Shown: positions 1 to 7,542 of the stretch, piece after piece | Position numbering within the stretch: position 1 is the stretch's first letter | How the letters are laid out: the number at the start of each line of letters is the position of its first letter | Assembly: GCA_041641915.1 (NCBI GenBank) | Contig: JBEPXK010000001.1 | Location: 1-26,344, forward strand | Source of the DNA: Planctomycetota bacterium | GTDB lineage: Bacteria > Planctomycetota > UBA11346 | Direction: 5' to 3' | Length of the DNA: 26,344 nt | Program-made: the position numbers and the translations under genes | The notes under the pieces: generated by a model | Seen by the model: only the letters and a program-made list of their open reading frames with translations | What the model was told of the DNA's origin: nothing | The model's database searches: none

Positions 1-118
1 GACCGGGCACCGGCACGCGCGCGAGTACGCCACGCAGCGCCGCTTCCGGGCCGGTGAGGCGCACCAGCGCCAACGCGGCCGGCCCATCCGGCGTCAACCA
101 AGAGAAGCAGGGGCTCAT
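1..118 (-). CDS. mnmE: 5' end of a probable tRNA-modification GTPase MnmE/TrmE-like protein (runs off window start)
   Basis: ATG at 118 overlaps the gluQ TGA (ATGA). Hand translation [39 protein letters not shown] resembles the MnmE N-terminus (TPxGxxAIAxxRLSGPxA). Only 39 codons are visible; not in the supplied ORF track. Confidence 0.55.
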   Translation of the reverse strand, partial: MSPCFSWLTPDGPAALALVRLTGPEAALRGVLARVPVPG

Positions 119-1068
119 GGCGCGACCAGTTCCAGTCGCCGGCCATCCCACCGCAGGGTCCGGTCCGTGCGCGCCACCCGTTGCCAGCTGAAGTCGGCGA
201 CGAGTTCAGCCGGCGTGATCGGGGCATCGGTCGGCCGCAGACCGGCGAGCTGCGCCAGCAAGCCGCACAACGCCGCCGGGCTGTAATGCTGCGCGAGCGT
301 GTCGCAGGCGACCGCACCGTGGAACTTGGCCAGCTTGTCGCCGTACGGTTCGAGCAGCAACAGGTGATGGCGATAGACCGGCACCCGCTGGCCCAAGGCG
401 CGGGCGAGCGCCACCTGGACGGCGGTGGTGCCGGCGAGGTCACGGCCGCGGACGATGCGGTCGACTCCGACCGCGGCGTCGTCGACCACCGAGGCCAGAT
501 GATAGGCGACGGCCCCATCGCGCCGCCGGACCACCGGGTCGCCGCAATCGCGCCCCGGCGTGGCACCGAGATCGCTGCCATCGCGATCGCGCACGACGAT
601 GCGCGCCGCGTCGAGGTGGAAGCGCAGCGCGTGCGCGCCGGCAGGCGGCGTGGTCGACCCGCGACAGGTACCCGGGTAGATCAGTCCGCCGTCGCTACCC
701 CGCGCGGCCTGCGCCCGGATTGCCTTGCGGCTGCAGGCGCAGGGGTAGAGACGCCCGGCGCGCTCCAACCGCTCCAGCGCCGCGCGATGGCGCGCCGCGT
801 GCTCGCTCTGCACCTCGATCAGGTCCCAGTCGAGCCCGAACCACTCCAGGTCGCGTCGTAGCGCCGCGGTCAGGACCGGCGAACACCGTTGCGGGTCGAG
901 ATCCTCGAGCCGCAGCACCACCCGGGCGCCACGCGCGCGGGCGTCGAGCCAGCACAGCAATCCGGCCAACAAGGTGCCCGGGTGGGCGCGACCGGTGGCC
1001 GACGGCGCGAAACGCGAAACCGATCCGGCGTCGCCCGTTGCGTCCAGGTCGGTCATCGGCGTCGGCAT
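115..1068 (-). CDS. gluQ: Glutamyl-Q tRNA(Asp) synthetase (stand-alone GluRS catalytic domain)
   Basis: [15 protein letters not shown] (HIGH-like), LRLEDLD, Zn site YPCACSRK...[25 protein letters not shown] (KMSKS-like); no anticodon-binding domain. Start moved from the track's 1332 (which overlaps the upstream gene) to ATG 1068; ATG 1056 is an alternative. Confidence 0.88.
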   Translation of the reverse strand: MPTPMTDLDATGDAGSVSRFAPSATGRAHPGTLLAGLLCWLDARARGARVVLRLEDLDPQRCSPVLTAALRRDLEWFGLDWDLIEVQSEHAARHRAALERLERAGRLYPCACSRKAIRAQAARGSDGGLIYPGTCRGSTTPPAGAHALRFHLDAARIVVRDRDGSDLGATPGRDCGDPVVRRRDGAVAYHLASVVDDAAVGVDRIVRGRDLAGTTAVQVALARALGQRVPVYRHHLLLLEPYGDKLAKFHGAVACDTLAQHYSPAALCGLLAQLAGLRPTDAPITPAELVADFSWQRVARTDRTLRWDGRRLELVAP

Positions 1069-1084
1069 CGCCGCAGCTGCTCCG

Positions 1085-1744
1085 CTATTCCCACATGCTG
1101 TAGGTCTGCTCGGCTCCGCCGCCAGCGCTCTGCCAGCACAACGCCCCGCCGCTACGATCGCGGTCCACGAACACGTAGACCACCCCGCCGTCGGCCAGCC
1201 CGAGATCGAGCAGGTCGCCGGCGATGCGATGATGGAAATCGAGTTTCCGGCCGGTGAGCGCCTCGACGTCGATCGGCGCGTTGGCCCACAGCGGATAACC
1301 GCCCCACTTGGTGCAATCGCAGCCGATCTCATCGACCAGATCGACCCAGGCGTCGGACGCCTCCATATCCAGGCCAGTGGGGTCGACGTCGAGGTCGACC
1401 GGCTCCTCCATCGCCTCGCCGAAGACCAACTTGGCCCCGCGCCAGTCGCCCGGGTTGACCCCCTTGATCAGCGACAGGCTCAACTCCGCCGCCGGCACGA
1501 TCAACACCGCGTTGTCGCCGAGATGCGGCAGGTTGTCGCGTGTCTCCACCGGCGCCGAACGATCGATGAAGCTGACCACCATCAGATCGGAACCGGGCGC
1601 GAACGGTACCGCCGAAACCAGGGCCATGGGCATGCCGGTACGCTTGCCGTGCGGCGTCTCCAGCCCGCGTTTGACATGGCCGCCCAGTTGGCCGTCGGCC
1701 TCCTGGGGCTTGGGAGCACGGATGAGCTTGCGGCTGGTGGGCAT
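1085..1744 (-). CDS. Hypothetical protein, DUF1963/YwqG-like
   Basis: C-terminal pattern [11 protein letters not shown]...[14 protein letters not shown]...CWQS resembles DUF1963 (KLGGYPxWxQ...GDxGxxYxF...WQ). GGAGGT RBS upstream of ATG 1744 favours it over the track start 1786. Confidence 0.6.
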   Translation of the reverse strand: MPTSRKLIRAPKPQEADGQLGGHVKRGLETPHGKRTGMPMALVSAVPFAPGSDLMVVSFIDRSAPVETRDNLPHLGDNAVLIVPAAELSLSLIKGVNPGDWRGAKLVFGEAMEEPVDLDVDPTGLDMEASDAWVDLVDEIGCDCTKWGGYPLWANAPIDVEALTGRKLDFHHRIAGDLLDLGLADGGVVYVFVDRDRSGGALCWQSAGGGAEQTYSMWE

Positions 1745-1795
1745 GGTCGGGGGGACCTCCTGAGGCGTGGCGCTGACCCGGGCCACGAATCGTGC

Positions 1796-1824
1796 AGTCT
1801 ATCCTGGTTTCGCGCGAGCGACAA
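1796..1824 (-). promoter_or_regulatory. Candidate sigma70 promoter for the DUF1963-gluQ-mnmE unit
   Basis: Minus strand TTGTCG (1824-1819), 17-nt spacer, TAGACT (1801-1796), about 50 nt upstream of ATG 1744. Confidence 0.5.
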
Positions 1825-1866
1825 GACGCCACCGCCGCTACGAGCCCCGCTACGCGAGCCCGGCGC

Positions 1867-1902
1867 CAACAACAGCAGCGCCGCGGTCGCCCGCGGCGCT
1901 GC
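1867..1902 (-). terminator. Intrinsic terminator downstream of tRNA-Arg
   Basis: Perfect 12-bp stem GCAGCGCCGCGG/CCGCGGCGCTGC (1875-1886/1891-1902), GCGA (GNRA) loop on the minus strand, followed by TGTTGTTG. Confidence 0.65.
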
Positions 1903-1906
1903 GCAT

Positions 1907-1980
1907 CACGCCCACCAGGATTCGAACCTGGGACCTGCTGCTTAGAAGGCAGCTGCTCTATCCAACTGAGCTATGGGCGC
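1907..1980 (-). tRNA. tRNA-Arg (anticodon TCT), 3' CCA not encoded
   Basis: Reverse complement GCGCCCATAGCTCAGTTGGATAGAGCAGCTGCCTTCTAAGCAGCAGGTCCCAGGTTCGAATCCTGGTGGGCGTG: 7-bp acceptor stem, D arm, anticodon arm GCTGC-CTTCTAA-GCAGC, GGTTCGAATCC T arm. Confidence 0.97.
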
Positions 1981-1991
1981 CAGTTGCGCGC

Positions 1992-2019
1992 AGCCTGGAG
2001 CCGGCCGGCGGGGAGTCAA
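1992..2019 (-). promoter_or_regulatory. Candidate sigma70 promoter of tRNA-Arg
   Basis: Minus strand TTGACT (2019-2014), 16-nt spacer, CAGGCT (1997-1992), 11 nt before the tRNA 5' end. Confidence 0.4.
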
Positions 2020-2057
2020 TTGCCACCCTGCACCGTGTGACCCCGTCCCGCCTGCCC

Positions 2058-2084
2058 TTGCGCGGCCAGGGTCGGGCCTAGGAT
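2058..2084 (+). promoter_or_regulatory. Weak candidate promoter for the carA-purE operon
   Basis: TTGCGC (2058-2063), 15-nt spacer, TAGGAT (2079-2084); spacer is suboptimal. Confidence 0.25.
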
Positions 2085-2108
2085 GCGCCCACCCGAGGAG
2101 GAACGGTG

Positions 2109-3263
2109 ATGACCCAGGCCAGGCTGGTGCTCAACGACGGCACGATCTTCCGCGGCACCGCCGTCGGCGCGATCGGCACCGTGACCGGCGAGGCGGTGTT
2201 CAACACCGCCATGACCGGCTATCAGGAAGTGCTCAGCGATCCAAGCTACAGTGGCCAGATCGTGACCATGACCTACCCCGAGATCGGTAACTATGGCGTC
2301 AACCCCGACGATATGGAGAGCGACGCGCCGCACGTCTCCGGCTTCGTCATGCGCCAGTGCTGCCGCCGCCCCTCGAACTTCCGTGCGGTCGAACCGCTGC
2401 ATACGTTCCTCGAGTCCCATGGGGTGGTGGCGATCGAAGCGGTCGACACCCGGGCGATCACCAAGCGCCTGCGCGTGGCCGGCGCCATGCCGGCCCTGCT
2501 CTCGAGCGAGGACTACAGCGACGCGGAGCTGATCGAGCGCGCCGGCCAGGTGCCGGACATGAGCGGGCAGGACCTCGCCTCGCGCGTATCGACCGACCGC
2601 ATCTACGAGTGGACCGAAGCCGTCAACCCGGCCGCCTTCGGCGGCGGGATCAGCTGGACGCCGTTGAGCGACCGGCCGCGGGTGGTGGTCATCGATCTCG
2701 GCGTCAAGCGCAACATCCTGCGCCTGCTCGCCTCCTGCGGCCTGCACCTGACGGTGGTTCCGGCCTCGACCCCGGCCGCGGACATCCTGGCTCTGGAGCC
2801 AGCGGGGATCTTCCTCTCCAACGGCCCCGGCGATCCGGCCGCGGTCACCGCCACCATCGAGACGGTCAAGCACCTGCTGCCCCACGGCCTGCCGATGTTC
2901 GGCATCTGCCTCGGGCACCAGCTGCTCGGCCTGGCGATGGGGGCCACAACCTACAAGCTCAAGTTCGGCCACCGCGGCGCGAACCACCCGATCAAGAACC
3001 ACGCCAGCGGCGCGATCGAGATCTGCAGTCACAACCACGGCTTCGCCATCGACCTTGACTCGCTGCCCCGTGAGGTCGCGGTGACCCACCTCAACCTCAA
3101 CGACCGCACCTGCTCGGGCATCGCCCATCGCTCGCTGCCGGTGTTCAGCGTCCAGTACCACCCGGAGGCCTGCCCGGGTCCCTCCGATCCGATCTACCTG
3201 TTCAAGCAATTCGCGGACCGCATCGCTGCGCATGCGTCCCAGACCAATCAGGAGGCTACATGA
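2109..3263 (+). CDS. carA: Carbamoyl-phosphate synthase small (glutaminase) subunit
   Basis: GEAVFNTAMTGYQEVLSDPSYSGQIVTMTYPEIGNYG, FLSNGPGDP, nucleophile motif GICLGHQ, QYHPEA. GAGGAGG RBS; GTG 2106 is an alternative start. Confidence 0.97.
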   Translation: MTQARLVLNDGTIFRGTAVGAIGTVTGEAVFNTAMTGYQEVLSDPSYSGQIVTMTYPEIGNYGVNPDDMESDAPHVSGFVMRQCCRRPSNFRAVEPLHTFLESHGVVAIEAVDTRAITKRLRVAGAMPALLSSEDYSDAELIERAGQVPDMSGQDLASRVSTDRIYEWTEAVNPAAFGGGISWTPLSDRPRVVVIDLGVKRNILRLLASCGLHLTVVPASTPAADILALEPAGIFLSNGPGDPAAVTATIETVKHLLPHGLPMFGICLGHQLLGLAMGATTYKLKFGHRGANHPIKNHASGAIEICSHNHGFAIDLDSLPREVAVTHLNLNDRTCSGIAHRSLPVFSVQYHPEACPGPSDPIYLFKQFADRIAAHASQTNQEAT

Positions 3264-3763
3264 GCGACGTCGTCATCATCATGGGATCCACCAGCGATCT
3301 GCCGGTGGTCGAGAAGGCGAAGACCCTGTTGCAGGAACTCGACGTCACGGTCGCGATGCGGGTCGGCAGCGCCCACCGCACCCCGGAGCATGTGCGCGAA
3401 CTGATCGCCAAGGCCGAGTCCGAGGGCACCAAGGTCTTCATCTGCGCCGCCGGTGGCGCAGCCCATCTCGCCGGCGCCGTGGCTGCGCTCACCGCCCGCC
3501 CGGTGGTCGGCATCCCGCTCGCAGCCGGCGCGCTCGGCGGGGTCGATGCCCTCTACAGCACCTGCAACATGCCGCCGGGCATGCCCGTGGCGACGGTCAG
3601 CGTCGGCTCGTGGGGCGCGACCAACGCCGCCCTGCTCGCGGCCCAGATCCTGGCCGTGGCCGACGACGCGCTGCACGAACGCCTGTGCGCCTGGCGCGCG
3701 CAGAAGACCAGCGACGTGATCGCCAAGGATCAGGAGCTGCAGGCCGGCGACAGCCAGGGATGA
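3260..3763 (+). CDS. purE: N5-carboxyaminoimidazole ribonucleotide mutase
   Basis: IIMGSTSD, SAHRTP, AGGAAHLAG, DALYSTCNMPPGMPVATV; ATGA overlap with carA; AGGAGG RBS. Confidence 0.96.
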   Translation: MSDVVIIMGSTSDLPVVEKAKTLLQELDVTVAMRVGSAHRTPEHVRELIAKAESEGTKVFICAAGGAAHLAGAVAALTARPVVGIPLAAGALGGVDALYSTCNMPPGMPVATVSVGSWGATNAALLAAQILAVADDALHERLCAWRAQKTSDVIAKDQELQAGDSQG

Positions 3764-4584
3764 GCCCGCCGCCGGTCGTCTGGCAGGGCGGTCTGACCGG
3801 CCGTCTGCACATCGCTGGCTCCGCACCACTCGATGACGCCGCGGCGGTGACCGCGCTGCTCGCAGACCGGCCGTTGCTGCCGCCACGGATCAACGCGCTC
3901 GCCGCCGCCTATGCATTGCCGTTGGCGTGCATCGGCGGCGACGCGGGTCCCAGCGAGACGCTCGAGCCGCTGCTCGATGCAGCCGATGCCAGCCTGCGCG
4001 CCGCCCAACCGGGCAACGCCCACCTGCTCCATGCGCTGCGGCGTATGCGTGATTGCTTCGATCTGCACAGTCATCTGTTGCAGGCGCTGGAGATGCGCGC
4101 GCGGCTGTTGATGGAAGCCGAACGCATCGGCCGTGAGGCCCACGCGCGTGATCGTGCTATCGCCACCTGCATCGACCGTCTCGCCGAGCACAGAGCCGGT
4201 CCGGTGATCGAGTTCGGCCGCTGCCCCGCAGACGACGCGCAGGCTCAGGTCGAACGCATCCGCGCCGGCGGCTGCAGCGCGGTGGCCATCCGGTGCTGGT
4301 GGTGCGCACGCAGCGGCGATGCCGCGGTTCCGGCACTCGGCCACGCGGCAGCGATCGCCGCCCGCCAGACCGGGGCCGCGGTCCACCTCATCGCTCCGCC
4401 GAGCGCACTGCATCCGGGCACCGATCGCGGCGAGGACATTCCGCTGTTGCCAGGCGCCGAGCTGCTGCCCAGCGAACTGATCAGCACCCTGGTCACCGGC
4501 AGCCGGTCCATCACGCCCGGCAGCCCGACAGATCTCGACGCTGTGGCGCGTAGCGAAATGAGCGGCCTGTTCTCGGCCCTGTAA
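3760..4584 (+). CDS. Degenerate methylthioribose-1-phosphate isomerase (MtnA)/eIF2B-family protein, 274 aa
   Basis: ATG 3760 overlaps the purE TGA. Segments align by eye to MtnA: RINALAAAYAL ~ RGAPAIGAAAAYGL; AAQPGNAHLLHALRRM ~ TRPTAVNLFWALDRM; SGDAAVPALGHAAAIAARQTGAAVHLIAP ~ NGDVANKIGTYxLAVLAKxHGIPFYVAAP; LLPSELISTLVT ~ DVTPxELITAIIT. Confidence 0.7.
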   Translation: MSPPPVVWQGGLTGRLHIAGSAPLDDAAAVTALLADRPLLPPRINALAAAYALPLACIGGDAGPSETLEPLLDAADASLRAAQPGNAHLLHALRRMRDCFDLHSHLLQALEMRARLLMEAERIGREAHARDRAIATCIDRLAEHRAGPVIEFGRCPADDAQAQVERIRAGGCSAVAIRCWWCARSGDAAVPALGHAAAIAARQTGAAVHLIAPPSALHPGTDRGEDIPLLPGAELLPSELISTLVTGSRSITPGSPTDLDAVARSEMSGLFSAL

Positions 4585-4590
4585 CGGCGA

Positions 4591-4644
4591 AGCGGATCGA
4601 CCCGCAGGCCGATCCGCTCCGACATCCATCCGGCTGATGCCGGA
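4591..4644. terminator. Two tandem hairpins between convergent genes (candidate terminator region)
   Basis: AGCGGATCG/CGATCCGCT (4591-4599/4610-4618) and TCCGGC-TGAT-GCCGGA (4629-4644); no U-tract on either strand. Confidence 0.4.
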
Positions 4645-4645
4645 C

Positions 4646-4972
4646 TCAAGGCATCTTGAGCGCCTGTCGGTCGCTGCGCCGCGACTGCTTGTCGTGGATC
4701 TTGCGCAGCTGCGCCGCACACTTGTCGGTCGCGCCGTCGATGGCGGCATACACGGTCGGGGCGACCACATGCGCGACCACGTCCTTCTCGTGCGACAGGT
4801 GCATATCCACATCGACCCGGTAGCACTTGTTCTCGGCCTCGCCGATGGTGACCACGATCTTGGTCAGTTCGATGTTGAACCGACTCAAAGAACCCAGCTT
4901 CTCCTCCACGGTACCGCGCAAGCGGTCCGAGATCTTGTAGTTGTGCACGCCCGAGATGTGGATGTCTGTCAT
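4646..4972 (-). CDS. hpf: Ribosome hibernation promoting factor (short HPF/RaiA type)
   Basis: IHISGVHNYKISDRLRGTVEEKLGSL...VYAAIDGATDKCAAQLRKIHDK matches the S30AE/HPF pattern; GGAGG RBS 6 nt upstream. Confidence 0.9.
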   Translation of the reverse strand: MTDIHISGVHNYKISDRLRGTVEEKLGSLSRFNIELTKIVVTIGEAENKCYRVDVDMHLSHEKDVVAHVVAPTVYAAIDGATDKCAAQLRKIHDKQSRRSDRQALKMP

Positions 4973-5144
4973 GGAAGACCTCCGATTCCGACGGCCGAGT
5001 CCCCTGCCGCGCCGCCTGCTTGGTGATGTCGACCCAGGGGGGTCCTGAAACCTTTGTAGCCGTGGGGATTGAGCTGGTCAATCATGCTTCCGAGCATCCC
5101 CGGACAGCCCCGCCGGGTCCGATCAAACACACCGGAGGCTTCTA

Positions 5145-5169
5145 TCAGAGGGGGCGCTGCCCCCTCTGA
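5145..5169. repeat. Intergenic palindrome, copy 1 (REP-like)
   Basis: TCAGAGGGGGC-GCT-GCCCCCTCTGA; exact reverse complement of 25588-25612. Confidence 0.8.
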
Positions 5170-5203
5170 GGGAGAGCTCACACCGGACAACGAGCGCGAA
5201 GGC

Positions 5204-7396
5204 TCAGCCAGCATCGGCGCGGCGCGGCGCGACCGGGCGCTTGCGACGCGGCCACAGCGCCCGGCATCGCCGTACAAGCGCCTCCGTGATCCGCTGACGA
5301 TGGCGCACCCACGGGCCGGCGGCGGCGACCACCACCAGGCCCAGGAGCGCGGCGTGGGCGGCGCAGATCGAGCCCAGCATCACCTCGCCCATCGCCCCTG
5401 CGCGCACCGGCTTGGCTCCGCCGCCGCTGCCGCCCGCGGCCTCGGCGATGAGGTAGGCGCGACCCAGCCCCGCGAGCAGCACGGTCAACAACCAGGCGCT
5501 ACCATCGCCCAGTGGCGTGAGCCAGCCCCCTGCACGGCCGTGATCGACCTCGCGCAGACCGGCAAAGAGCACTGGCAACAGCGCCACCCACGCCACTGGA
5601 GCCACCAAAGCGAGCCAGGGCATGCCGAACACCGCGTACACGGTGGCACCGAGGGCCAACGCCGACCAGGCCAGCGTGGCAGGCTCGAAACGCCGCCCGG
5701 CCGCCTCGTGCACCCGCACCACCCATATCGCCTGCAAGGCGAGGACCACCACCGGGATCCGCGCCAGCGAACGCAGGGCGAGCAGCAGATGGTCGTGGTC
5801 GAAGAGGATGTGCACCGCGAACGGGTCCTTGCGCGGGATCCACCAGGCCAGGTAGGCACAGGTACCCAACGCCGCGGCAGCGAGCACCGGCCAACGCGCG
5901 CTGCCGCTACCGACCAGATTGGCCACCAGCACCGCGACCCCCGCCGCCATCACAGCCTCGCTCCAGGCATCGCCCGTGCCGCCGTAGAAGGGACGCAGCA
6001 CGGCCAGGATCACGAAACCGGTCGGCAGGACCCAGATCATCCCGAGTTCTCGGTACCGCACGAAGGGGTAGAGCAGGGCCAATCCACCCGCGCCGCAGGA
6101 GAGCGCCAGTAGCGGCGGAGCCCCCAAGGCCCAAGTGGCCAGGGCCAGCAGGGTCGAAACCAGGACGGCGCCGAACGCGCTATGCGCAAGCATGCTCGCG
6201 GCGAGCGGCGCCACCAGCACCACCAGCACCGGCAGGACCCAGCCGGTGGTCAGATGCGGCCAGGTGGGATAGCTCAGGCTCAGCAAAGCGAGCGGCACCA
6301 GGTGCGAGGTCCGCAAGCCGCGGCGGCCGACGTCCACCACCGCCTCGGAGACCTGGGTGCGGACGGTCCGCCAGACCTCGCTCACCGGTCGATCACCGGG
6401 GACGGTCAGCGGCTCGACCCGCGGCAGGCTGGGCGTTCCCGGCTGCGCCTGCCCCCCGGCGATGCGGCCGGCGACCAGCAGCAGCAGGCAGATCGCGGCG
6501 CCGCCGGCAAGGGTGCTCAGCGCATGGCCGGCACCGGCCGGCACCAACAGCGCGACCACGGCCGCGACCACCGCGAAACCGAGCAGGCGCTCGGCGCTGA
6601 GCCACAGCTGCCCCCCCTGCGGCACGGTGCACAGCAGGCCAAGCACGCCACCGCCAGCCAGAATGAGGGCGGCCTGCATGCTCAGGTCCAGCACGGCCGG
6701 ACGGCCGCCGGGCCAGGGGCCGGTGGCCAGCGCGAGCAGCGTCAGCAGGGTCGCGAGCAGGAGGCCCGCCCCCACCGGCCAGAGGAAGGAGCGCCGGGCA
6801 CGCAGAACCGGCGGCAACAGATGGATCAGAGCGAGCCCGAACAGCAGCGCGGGACCGGCCCGTCCGAGGTCCGCGAGGGTCGGCGCCCGCAACGGCGAGC
6901 CCCCGGCGCCGGGGCCGAGCAGCAGCACCAGCGCCACACACCACACCAAACCTCCGCCGAGCAGCACCGGGCGTCCGTGCATCAGCAGCGGCAGCAGCGA
7001 CCACGGCAACAAGGACCAGGCAAGGATCTGCCGCGTTGGCGCCCCCCACAGCAACTCGGCGGTCGCCGCGAGCGGGAGCACGGTCACCACGGCGATGGTC
7101 AGCTGCAGCCGATCGCCAAGCGCGAGGCCAACGTAGGCCATGGCCAGCGCGGTGACGATCAGCGCCTGGCCGGGGCCGAACTGGACGGTGATCGACATCG
7201 CCAGCACCACCAGACCGCTGATGACGACGGCGAGCAGACCGAGGGCCCAGCGCGGCAGACGGGCAAACAGACTCCATACGCCGAGCGCCAAGCCGGTGGT
7301 CGCCAATGCGAACAGGCCGGTGCCCGGATGATCGCTGTGCACCAGCTGGGCCAGCATCGCGAGTGTCGCCAGAGCGTAAGCGGCCGCAGCGAACAT
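5204..7396 (-). CDS. Polytopic membrane protein of unknown function (730 aa, roughly 20 hydrophobic segments by eye)
   Basis: Nearly continuous Ala/Leu/Gly/Val hydrophobic segments. Start moved from 7564 to ATG 7396 (GGGGAGAG RBS; the upstream frame is Arg/Pro-rich and overlaps the divergent gene). Confidence 0.75.
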   Translation of the reverse strand: MFAAAAYALATLAMLAQLVHSDHPGTGLFALATTGLALGVWSLFARLPRWALGLLAVVISGLVVLAMSITVQFGPGQALIVTALAMAYVGLALGDRLQLTIAVVTVLPLAATAELLWGAPTRQILAWSLLPWSLLPLLMHGRPVLLGGGLVWCVALVLLLGPGAGGSPLRAPTLADLGRAGPALLFGLALIHLLPPVLRARRSFLWPVGAGLLLATLLTLLALATGPWPGGRPAVLDLSMQAALILAGGGVLGLLCTVPQGGQLWLSAERLLGFAVVAAVVALLVPAGAGHALSTLAGGAAICLLLLVAGRIAGGQAQPGTPSLPRVEPLTVPGDRPVSEVWRTVRTQVSEAVVDVGRRGLRTSHLVPLALLSLSYPTWPHLTTGWVLPVLVVLVAPLAASMLAHSAFGAVLVSTLLALATWALGAPPLLALSCGAGGLALLYPFVRYRELGMIWVLPTGFVILAVLRPFYGGTGDAWSEAVMAAGVAVLVANLVGSGSARWPVLAAAALGTCAYLAWWIPRKDPFAVHILFDHDHLLLALRSLARIPVVVLALQAIWVVRVHEAAGRRFEPATLAWSALALGATVYAVFGMPWLALVAPVAWVALLPVLFAGLREVDHGRAGGWLTPLGDGSAWLLTVLLAGLGRAYLIAEAAGGSGGGAKPVRAGAMGEVMLGSICAAHAALLGLVVVAAAGPWVRHRQRITEALVRRCRALWPRRKRPVAPRRADAG

Positions 7397-7542
7397 CGCT
7401 CTCCCCCGGTAGCACCGGCGCAGCCTGACCGGGCCCAGCCCATCGCGGACCGCGAGCCGACGCCCCCGGTCCAGCATCGGCCCCGAGCGGGGAGGCTTGA
7501 GCTCGGGCTTGGCGCGCCTCTTGCTTCCATCGCGAGGATTCC

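Noticed and set aside
115-1068. Non-canonical HPGT and KLAKF motifs in GluQ; possible full GluRS
   Set aside because: GluQ proteins tolerate such variation in HIGH/KMSKS; short length and the CxC..Y..C Zn site fit GluQ rather than GluRS.
1835-1861. Imperfect tandem repeat CGCTACG(CG)AGCCC
   Set aside because: Two short copies only; no array or spacer structure.
1907-1980. tRNA-Arg as an integration site for a mobile element
   Set aside because: No integrase and no duplicated tRNA 3' end seen in the window; flanking genes are housekeeping.
2109-3763. carA without carB and purE without purK
   Set aside because: Split arrangements of these pathways are common; partners may lie elsewhere in the genome.
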